Shown here in pieces: positions 1 through 7,120 of a stretch of DNA of 64,000 nucleotides (position 1 is its first letter; the number at the start of each line of letters is the position of its first letter). Source of the DNA: an uncultured Pseudobdellovibrionaceae bacterium (lineage in GTDB: Bacteria > Bdellovibrionota > Bdellovibrionia > Bdellovibrionales > UBA1609); assembly GCA_964389375.1 (NCBI GenBank), contig CAYMDP010000008.1:17985-81984 (forward strand). Reading direction: 5' to 3'. The position numbers and the translations under genes are program-made. The notes beneath the pieces were generated by a model that had not been told where the DNA came from, ran no database searches, and saw only the letters and a list, made by a program, of their open reading frames with translations.

Positions 1-894
1 TACAAAGTCCACGGCCGAAACTTGAGATTGACTAAAGTAGGCTAAAATTGGAAGGCCTCTTTGCTTGGCCCATTCTTCGGATGCCAGCAATACACAGGCC
101 GATCCATCCGTTAGGGGAGAGGCATTGCCAGCAGTGATCGTTCCCTTTTGGCTGCGTTCAAAAGCAGGCGGTAGCTTCGCCATTTTCTCTAGAGTTGAAT
201 CCTTTCGAACATTGTTGTCCTTATCCAGGCCCTTAAAGGGAACCAACAAATCCTTATAAAATCCTTCTTCCTGAGCTCGGCTCGCGTTCAAATGACTTTG
301 TAAAGCCAATTGATCTTGGGCGGATCGAGAAATCTTCCATTGTTGAGCCATCAGTTCGCAACTTTGTCCCATACTTAAATTTGTTCTAGGTTCAATGACG
401 GCCGGAGAAATAGGTTTTAAGTCTTTAGGTCGAATACTCAATAAGGGCTTTAGTTTTTCGAGGCTGGTTTTTCCCTTAAAGCTTTTCAACATCTTTTGAC
501 CGAAGCTTCGACTAAAAACAAAAGGAAGATCTGAATTGGTGTCTGTACCACCAGCCACTCCGGCTTCGATCTGGCCCATGGCAATTTTATTGGCAACCAG
601 AATCGCAGCTTCTAAAGAAGTTCCGCAGGCTCTTTGTAAATCAAAAGCCGGTGTCCTCGGGGATAAAGAAGTCCCAAGCGTCACTTCGCGGGCCATATTC
701 CAATCCGAGGAGTGTTTCATCACCGCACCAAGAACGACATCGCCTAGCTCGACCCCTTTTAAATTAAAGCGATCCACTAGGGCTTGCAGAGAGAAAGTCA
801 TCAGATCCTGATTACTCACTCCCATGTAGGCTCCCATCGAGCGACTAAATGGAATGCGAACGCCTCCGACAATTGCGACTTTTCTAATAGACAT
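1..894 (-). CDS. Thiolase-family acetyl-CoA C-acyl/acetyltransferase, N-terminal part only (runs off the left edge of the window)
   Basis: Absent from the ORF track because it is truncated. The reverse complement from ATG (894-892) reads MSIRKVAIVGGVRIPFSRSMGAYMG...PRTPAFDLQRACGTSLEAAI, a thiolase N-domain with the active-site Cys context. The frame stays open to position 1. Confidence 0.85.
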   Translation of the reverse strand, partial: MSIRKVAIVGGVRIPFSRSMGAYMGVSNQDLMTFSLQALVDRFNLKGVELGDVVLGAVMKHSSDWNMAREVTLGTSLSPRTPAFDLQRACGTSLEAAILVANKIAMGQIEAGVAGGTDTNSDLPFVFSRSFGQKMLKSFKGKTSLEKLKPLLSIRPKDLKPISPAVIEPRTNLSMGQSCELMAQQWKISRSAQDQLALQSHLNASRAQEEGFYKDLLVPFKGLDKDNNVRKDSTLEKMAKLPPAFERSQKGTITAGNASPLTDGSACVLLASEEWAKQRGLPILAYFSQSQVSAVDFV

Positions 895-905
895 GATGTT
901 CTCCT

Positions 906-1355
906 TTAACTTTTAAATGCTACAATAAGAGCGCCAAGCATAGCGAGCAAGGTTCCGCCCACTCTCCAGGCCGAGGGACTAATGTCTTCAGCGAAATGAT
1001 CCCACAGCAGACTCGCAATCAGCTGAGCTGCCACCAATCCTACAAAAACCTGAAGGGCTCCTTTTTTTGCCAGAACAAAAGGAATTCCAAAGATAAATAA
1101 AAATCCAAAAAGTCCAGGGAGGATACTTTTCCAGGACAAGGCTTTGACTAACTCAGTGCTTGAATGAATTTTGATGTCCTGAGGAGCCAACAGATATGCA
1201 AGGCCGAGGTATACACAGGAAAAGGCTAAAACAAAAAACGAGTTCACAACAAGCGTCAGAGGGAGGCCCCAAGCTTCTGCAAGTTGACGGTTAAAGCCAC
1301 CTTGCAAGACCGTTGCAAAACCCAAAGAAAGAATAATGAGAGGAATCCAAGACAT
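906..1355 (-). CDS. Small polytopic membrane protein, DMT-superfamily DUF606/YdcZ-like
   Basis: 149 aa with about 5 hydrophobic helices. The N-terminal LQGGFNRQLAEAWGLPL resembles the YdcZ G-x-N-x-Q-L motif. It ends 11 nt upstream of the thiolase start, so the two are probably co-transcribed. Confidence 0.55.
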   Translation of the reverse strand: MSWIPLIILSLGFATVLQGGFNRQLAEAWGLPLTLVVNSFFVLAFSCVYLGLAYLLAPQDIKIHSSTELVKALSWKSILPGLFGFLFIFGIPFVLAKKGALQVFVGLVAAQLIASLLWDHFAEDISPSAWRVGGTLLAMLGALIVAFKS

Positions 1356-1442
1356 TTACTTACACCTAAACTTCACGTACCATTAAACACCTCTAGTTAG
1401 GGTCCTGCAAATGCAAAACTGTTTTGTTTGAAGGAATAATCC

Positions 1443-2966
1443 ATGACGACTCAAGACAAAGCCCAAGCCTTTCTTGAAAAGGCCTCGCTCTATCATCTTG
1501 GCGCATTGGTGACGGAACAAGCTCATCCTTTAACCCAGGATTTATCTCGACTTGCACAAGAAGACTTGCTTGAGGCCTACTCCGTTTTGCGAAAGGTCGA
1601 TGTTCTGGCTCTTACGCACTTTGAGGCCTTTTTGCCTCAATTAAAGGGGCTCGAGCGGGCTGTGCAATCGACCCTCAAAGAGGGTGGGCGCATTTTTATT
1701 TGTGGCTGCGGCGCTACGGGTCGCTTGGCGCTTAATTTAGAGTATCTATGGAATCAGTCTCATCCGGGCTCAACTTCAGTGATTTCATTTATGGCCGGTG
1801 GAGATGTGGCCTTAGTGCATGCGCTCGAGGGCTTTGAGGATTTTCCCGATTATGGCGCTCGTCATTTAAAAGAGCTCGGATTTCGCGAAGGTGATCTTTT
1901 AATTAGTTCCACAGAAGGCGGAGAAACCCCTTTTGTCATCGGTGCAACCGAAGAGGCCGCAAGAATCTCTTCAGTAAAACCCTTCTTCCTTTATTGTAAC
2001 CCCTCCGAAATATTGATCGAAAAAGTTGAGCGTTCAAAAAGAGTTCTGCAAAACCCGAGGATCGAGTCGATTTGTCTTTTTGTGGGCCCCATGGCCATCG
2101 CCGGAAGTACGCGGATGCAGGCCTCGACAGTTTTGATGTTGGGAATTGGTTTGGCGCTATTGAAACAAGGCCAAGACTGGGCTCAAATTTTAGATCAATT
2201 GAAAAGCCATTTGCTAAATTTAGACTTAAATCCCTGGACAAGTTTAACAGAAGCCGAAGCAAAAATTTACCAAAATGGGGATCACAGTCTTTATCAAGCC
2301 GACGAGTTTGCGATGACGGTGATGACGGATACGACGGAAAGGGCGCCCACATTTAGCTTCTCCGCCTTTGATAATCAAAAATTTCCAAAGACGAAGGCCT
2401 CTTTAACTTACCTTTACATGCCTCATTGTCAGGGGACGGATGAGGCCTGGACGGCTTTGCTGGGCAGAAGACCGCGTCCTCTTGAATGGCCAGAAATTCA
2501 CGTGAAGGCCTCAAAAGAGTATCTTCAAGGATTTGATTTCGGAAAAGGGGCTTTAGGATTTCGTAAAAACCTTTTGCCGCAAAAATCCCATCATGTGATT
2601 GAAGTGCTCAGTGATAGAGATCGAGTTGAAGTCAGGCTTGAATCCTTAAAGACTGAATTCAAGCGAGCAGATCAAGGGCTAATAGATCATCTTCTACTAA
2701 AGATGATGCTAAATGCTCACTCCACTCTAGTGATGGGAAGGCTTGGTCGTTACCAAGGAAACTTGATGACCTATGTCGTGCCCACAAACGGAAAACTGAT
2801 TGATCGGGCCACTCGCTACGTGCAAATTCTTTTAGAGCGAGAAGGGCTTAAAGACAAATTCTCCTACGCAGAAATCCTAAAAGTTTTATTTACTGAATTT
2901 GAAAACCTAAAAGAAGACGAGCCAATAGTGCTGAAGACCCTCGCAGCATTACTAAAACACCCATAA
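1443..2966 (+). CDS. SIS-domain protein, MurQ etherase / glucokinase-regulatory-protein (GCKR)-like, long form
   Basis: GRIFICGCGATGRLA, STEGGETPFVIGA and GSTRMQASTVLML match the MurQ/GCKR SIS motifs. At 507 aa it is much longer than a ~300-aa MurQ. Confidence 0.6.
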   Translation: MTTQDKAQAFLEKASLYHLGALVTEQAHPLTQDLSRLAQEDLLEAYSVLRKVDVLALTHFEAFLPQLKGLERAVQSTLKEGGRIFICGCGATGRLALNLEYLWNQSHPGSTSVISFMAGGDVALVHALEGFEDFPDYGARHLKELGFREGDLLISSTEGGETPFVIGATEEAARISSVKPFFLYCNPSEILIEKVERSKRVLQNPRIESICLFVGPMAIAGSTRMQASTVLMLGIGLALLKQGQDWAQILDQLKSHLLNLDLNPWTSLTEAEAKIYQNGDHSLYQADEFAMTVMTDTTERAPTFSFSAFDNQKFPKTKASLTYLYMPHCQGTDEAWTALLGRRPRPLEWPEIHVKASKEYLQGFDFGKGALGFRKNLLPQKSHHVIEVLSDRDRVEVRLESLKTEFKRADQGLIDHLLLKMMLNAHSTLVMGRLGRYQGNLMTYVVPTNGKLIDRATRYVQILLEREGLKDKFSYAEILKVLFTEFENLKEDEPIVLKTLAALLKHP

Positions 2967-3002
2967 AGCGAATTTTTTGATCCACCTCTGAATCAAACTC
3001 CT

Positions 3003-3167
3003 GGCAAGTCGCACTTTTCCAATCTCAAAAAAGTGTCCGCCGAAGACTAGTTTCGCAGGGCGGCCCAAATTTAAACCTGGTTATCATGTGTAATCTCAAG
3101 GGCCGACCGAGAATGTCCGACGGCTGAGGCGGAGCACTTTTTTGAGATTGGAAAAGTGCGGCTTGCC
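3003..3167. repeat. Long imperfect palindrome (element A): 33-bp terminal inverted repeats around a ~99-bp partly self-complementary core
   Basis: Left arm 3003-3035 is ggcaagtcgcacttttccaatctcaaaaaagtg. Right arm 3135-3167 is its reverse complement with 1 mismatch. Pairing continues inward (tccgcc / ggcgga). It lies between convergent genes. Confidence 0.8.
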
Positions 3168-3193
3168 AATGAAATCTGGTGGTGGGATCAAAA

Positions 3194-4759
3194 CTATTTC
3201 GCGAATTCGACGGCTTGGGTTTCGCGAACAACGGTGACCTTAATAAGGCCTGGATAAGAACATTCTTCTTCGATTTTTTGCGCAATTTTTTTACTAAGCT
3301 TTAAAGCTTCCATATCATCGCAACGACGGCTGTCGACGATGATGCGGACTTCGCGTCCGGCACTGAGGATATAAGTCGCCATCACTCCATCAAAGCTGTT
3401 TCCGATTTTCTCAAGGTCAGCCATTTTCTGAGAATAAGAGTCAATGGTAGATCGTCTGGCCCCAGGGCGGGCTCCAGAAATCGCATCCGCGGCGATTACA
3501 AGGTAGGCCAGATCCGTCGAAGGTTGTTCATCGTAGTGATGAGCTCTGACCGCATGAACAATTTGTGGAGCTTCGTTGTGGCGCTCGATAAAATCGGCTC
3601 CGATTACTGCATGTCCACCATCTTTACTGTGATCCATGGCTTTTCCGATATCGTGCAAAAGGCCAGAGCGTCGTCCATCCGTTGTGTTGACTCCAAGTTC
3701 TGAGCTTAATAATCCGCAAAGCCAGCCGACTTCAGAGCAATGGAAGTACTGGTTTTGTGCGAAAGAATAGCGGTATCTTAAGGCTCCCATCATGTTGACT
3801 ACTTCTTCGTGCATTCCGGTAAGCTTTAGTTCGCGGGTCAATTTTTGGCCGTCCGAGGCAATTTTGCGAAAGAGATCTCTTTTGATCCGCTCAAAATTTT
3901 GTTGGATCGAACTTTCAGTAATATTTCGCTCTTTAGACATGCGCTCAAGGCAGGCTCTTCCAAGCTCTCTTCGGACGGGATCAAAACCCAAGACTGAGGC
4001 GCTATGATATTCTTCGTTGATCGAAATATCTACGCCGCAGATTTTTTCGATCAGGTTTAAATTCTTTCGATCAGGTCCGACAACTCGTTTAAGTTCTTCG
4101 AGGCTCGAAAAGCTGACGTTTCCGATCCCGCGCTCTGGACAATAGGCTCTTGCAAAACGATTTAAGACCACGTGAAGAAGTCGCTTCGCTTCGCGCTCTA
4201 AATTATACTGGTGCTCTTCTTCAAAGGCTTGGGCTGCGCGGGTGGCAAGGGTTGAGCTTTCTTCTTCGAGTTTTAGGATCATCTGAGATTTTAGCTCATC
4301 CAACTGAACTTGAGAGGCGGGCACAAGAGCCGACTTAAGTTGCTCCCGAATCTCTGCAGTTCGCTTTTTAAGGTCGTCAAATCTTTGCTGCAGTCCTTGA
4401 ATCATTTTATCTCGAGACTGAATGGCGCTATGCCGGCTTTGAACTTTTTGATCCATAGATCGAATGCGCTCTTGAATCAGCTCTTCTTTTTCTGCAAGAC
4501 GACTTTGCGCCTGATGAATCTCTTGGACTTTTCGTTTGGTGTCTCGCTCAAATTGTTTTTCCGCTTCTTCTTTAAGATCCTCAAGTTGTTCGTTGAGCTC
4601 TTGATCTAAAATGCGGGCTTGGTCTTCGGCATGGGATAGGATTTCTTGGGCTTCTTCTTGGGCCTCAGAAAGAAGCTTTCTACGATGAACATAGGAGCCG
4701 ACCCAGGCTATTGCCAGACCAGAGAATAAACCAACAAATCCGACCAGGGCCCAAATCAC
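3194..4759 (-). CDS. rny: Ribonuclease Y
   Basis: N-terminal TM helix, long coiled-coil, KH region, and an HD domain (LLHDIGKAMDH...GHAVIGADFIERH...AVRAHH). GTG start preceded by AAGGAG. Confidence 0.9.
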   Translation of the reverse strand: MIWALVGFVGLFSGLAIAWVGSYVHRRKLLSEAQEEAQEILSHAEDQARILDQELNEQLEDLKEEAEKQFERDTKRKVQEIHQAQSRLAEKEELIQERIRSMDQKVQSRHSAIQSRDKMIQGLQQRFDDLKKRTAEIREQLKSALVPASQVQLDELKSQMILKLEEESSTLATRAAQAFEEEHQYNLEREAKRLLHVVLNRFARAYCPERGIGNVSFSSLEELKRVVGPDRKNLNLIEKICGVDISINEEYHSASVLGFDPVRRELGRACLERMSKERNITESSIQQNFERIKRDLFRKIASDGQKLTRELKLTGMHEEVVNMMGALRYRYSFAQNQYFHCSEVGWLCGLLSSELGVNTTDGRRSGLLHDIGKAMDHSKDGGHAVIGADFIERHNEAPQIVHAVRAHHYDEQPSTDLAYLVIAADAISGARPGARRSTIDSYSQKMADLEKIGNSFDGVMATYILSAGREVRIIVDSRRCDDMEALKLSKKIAQKIEEECSYPGLIKVTVVRETQAVEFAK

Positions 4760-4818
4760 AAGATTCTCCTTAAGTGCATCAGACGTTTATAGCAGGTCCG
4801 CGTCCTCTAAACCAGGTC

Positions 4819-4847
4819 TTGACCCTGCGCAATAGAGCCTTCAGAAT
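4819..4847 (+). promoter_or_regulatory. Candidate sigma70-type promoter: TTGACC-N17-CAGAAT
   Basis: -35 TTGACC at 4819-4824, a 17-nt spacer, and -10 CAGAAT at 4842-4847. The ATG at 4855 lies 7 nt after the -10 and has no SD, so the transcript may be leaderless. Confidence 0.3.
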
Positions 4848-4854
4848 TAAGCCA

Positions 4855-5247
4855 ATGAAGACATATGAATACCCCATTCAAATAAAAGAGCATCACTTAG
4901 ATACCTTTGGCCACGTCAATAATGCCACCTACTTAAGCCTCTTTGAGGAGGCCCGCTGGGAGCTAATCACCGAGAAGGGGATCACCCTGGAGTCCATTCA
5001 CCACAAGGCCCAGGGGCCAGTGATTTTAGAGGTCTCTTTAAAATTCATGAGGGAGCTTAGAAATCGAGAGTGGATTAAGATCGAATCTCGGTTTTTGGGC
5101 TTTAAAGGCAAGGTTGGAAAAATCGAGCAGGTGATGAAGAACGCTGATGGGGCCGACTGTTGTCGAGCCGAATTTGTTTTTGGCGTGTTTGATACAAAGG
5201 CCCGAAAACTGATCACTCCGCCTTCTGAATGGACTGGACTCTCTTAA
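4855..5247 (+). CDS. 4HBT/YbgC-type acyl-CoA thioesterase (hotdog fold)
   Basis: MKTYEYPIQIKEHHLDTFGHVNNATYLSLFEEARWE is the typical 4HBT N-terminus. The track ORF starts at GTG 4774, but the 130-aa form from ATG 4855 fits the domain length. Confidence 0.7.
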   Translation: MKTYEYPIQIKEHHLDTFGHVNNATYLSLFEEARWELITEKGITLESIHHKAQGPVILEVSLKFMRELRNREWIKIESRFLGFKGKVGKIEQVMKNADGADCCRAEFVFGVFDTKARKLITPPSEWTGLS

Positions 5248-5350
5248 AGTCTAGGCCGAGCAAAAATTTTAAAAAGCTAAATGCAATTGTAGCCTTAACT
5301 TGTGCCCCAGAGATCCGAAAAGAGATTGAAGCACGAAGAAGGATCTTAAG

Positions 5351-6487
5351 TTGAATAATATCAAGCGATATAAAAAAGGCGACTACCTATTTAAAGAGGG
5401 CGAAAACGTCCAAACGCTTTTTATTATCCAATCAGGAAAAGTCGCTCTGAACGTTGAAAGATCGGGTCGAAAGATCGAAGTCGTGACTCTTGGTGCGAAT
5501 CAAGTCCTCGGAGAGCAGGGACTCTTCGCCAATACCAGACATACTTTTTGTGCTGAAGCCTTACAAGAAACCAAAGTGATGGAAGTGGGAATGGAAGTCA
5601 TCAAGGGCCAGATGAATTCCTCAGCACCTGGTGTAAAGCTTTTGTTAAAGAGCATGGTGGATGAATCTAAGATCTCGCGCAAAGCTCTACAGGCCTTTAA
5701 GATGGAACAAGATAAGGCTCCTTGTCCGCAGGTTTCAATTCCTAGGGTCTTTAGTTTGTTAAATCTTGTTTCTCGTCATACTGGCAAAGTGCAAGGTGAG
5801 AATCCAAAACATATCATTGTCGATTGGGGCATTTTAAAGCTTTACGCCTCTCGTATGTTTAGCGAATCCTTTCAAAGAATGCGAGGCGTTTTAGATCTGT
5901 TAAAGAAGCTTGGTTATGGGGACTTGGTCATAGAAAAAAATGAAGAAGGTATCGAAGAACTGATTCGAGCAGAGATTTTTGATATTCAGATGATTGAAGA
6001 TTTCGCTGAATTTTATCAGTACAATTATTATAAAGGCAGTCGTGCGGAAGTCATTTATGTAGATCCTTTGGCCCTAAAAGTCGCATCAGCCCTTTGTGAA
6101 GTGGCTGAGCCTGTAGAGCCAGATCGAAAAGGTGTCGTCAGCGTAGATTTTAAACTTCTATTAGATGAGTTAAAGACCAAGTACCGTATCGATCTAAAGA
6201 ATACCCATATGGACAGTCTTGAGCGTAAGGGCTTATTTGTAAAGCGGACTACGCTTGACGATGGGACTAGTTTTTTAAGCTTTGACAAGATGGAGTTCAA
6301 AAAAACGACCACTTTTTGGAAGATTATTTTTGAAATCGACAAATGGAACGAGCGAGGCTTTGTGAACATGAAAGAGAAAGAAGAAGTCGCCGAGGAATCT
6401 GGCGAGGCTTGCCCAGATTGCAAAGGGGTCATTTCGAGTGAACACAAGTTTTGCCCTCATTGCGGGTTTAAGATTAAAGCGGCCTAG
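5351..6487 (+). CDS. Cyclic-nucleotide-binding domain protein with a C-terminal zinc ribbon
   Basis: The N-terminus YKKGDYLFKEGENVQTLFIIQSGKVAL...GEQGLF is CAP_ED-like. The C-terminus is CPDCKGVISSEHKFCPHCG (CxxC-x10-CxxC). Confidence 0.7.
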   Translation: MNNIKRYKKGDYLFKEGENVQTLFIIQSGKVALNVERSGRKIEVVTLGANQVLGEQGLFANTRHTFCAEALQETKVMEVGMEVIKGQMNSSAPGVKLLLKSMVDESKISRKALQAFKMEQDKAPCPQVSIPRVFSLLNLVSRHTGKVQGENPKHIIVDWGILKLYASRMFSESFQRMRGVLDLLKKLGYGDLVIEKNEEGIEELIRAEIFDIQMIEDFAEFYQYNYYKGSRAEVIYVDPLALKVASALCEVAEPVEPDRKGVVSVDFKLLLDELKTKYRIDLKNTHMDSLERKGLFVKRTTLDDGTSFLSFDKMEFKKTTTFWKIIFEIDKWNERGFVNMKEKEEVAEESGEACPDCKGVISSEHKFCPHCGFKIKAA

Positions 6488-6639
6488 GGCCTAGACCAAA
6501 ATTCTGTTAAATTTTGATCCGTATCAATTCGAGAAGCACACCCACCCAACCACGTAAGCTGCGATCTAATCTGAGAAGTTTTAAATCGAGGGAGTTCTTA
6601 TTTGCTGCAACAATCTGAGCGGCGTATACTAAGGAGACT

Positions 6640-7113
6640 TTGTTGTACGTTTTTGTTGGAAGGGGATTCACATTGAAGACCGTATTAGACATATTGACCG
6701 AAACTAAGCAAGACCTTACCTCCGTAAAACCCACAGACTCTGTACTGACCGCCATTAAGCTGATGTCCGAGCGCGATCTTGGAGCCTTGCCCGTATTGTC
6801 GGGAACTCAGTTGGTGGGAGTGATTTCCGAAAGAGATTATACTCGGAAAGTGACCTTAAAAAATCGAACGGCTGATAAAACTTTGGTGCGCGATGTGATG
6901 ACCTCAGATGTGTACTGGATATCGGCCACTCGAACCCTAGAGGATTGTCTGAAATTGATGAAGGACCGTCAGGTTCGTCACATGCCGGTGATGCACGATA
7001 ATAAGATTATTGGCTTTGTATCTGTTTTGGATGTTGTTCAAAGTATGATGAATGAGCATTCAAAAGTTGTTTCGGACCTTCAGGAATACGTCTCTAAGAC
7101 CTGGCCCTTTTAA
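6640..7113 (+). CDS. CBS-pair domain protein
   Basis: Two CBS repeats (VKPTDSVLTAIKLMSERDLGALPV; ATRTLEDCLKLMKDRQVRHMPV). The true start may be TTG 6673 (LKTVLDIL), which is preceded by GGAAGGGGA. Confidence 0.75.
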   Translation: MLYVFVGRGFTLKTVLDILTETKQDLTSVKPTDSVLTAIKLMSERDLGALPVLSGTQLVGVISERDYTRKVTLKNRTADKTLVRDVMTSDVYWISATRTLEDCLKLMKDRQVRHMPVMHDNKIIGFVSVLDVVQSMMNEHSKVVSDLQEYVSKTWPF

Positions 7114-7120
7114 TCCGTCT

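Noticed and set aside
65-811. Plus-strand ORFs 65-259 and 536-811
   Set aside because: Both lie entirely inside, and antisense to, the well-supported thiolase reading frame that runs from 894 to the window edge. Their translations are low-complexity, so they are shadow ORFs.
1936-2356. ORFs of 138 aa (minus) and 94 aa (plus) inside the SIS-domain gene
   Set aside because: They are embedded in a longer ORF with clear family motifs, and they have no SD or recognisable motifs. The same reasoning rejects the antisense or out-of-frame ORFs inside rny (3792-4609), the 824-aa gene, the AAA+/M41 gene, ETF-QO, ppk, patatin, endonuclease I (22908-23309), GT9 (27872-28291), PAP2, the S8 genes (for example 33511-33924), M28, the FGE genes (51799-52212), rhlE and others.
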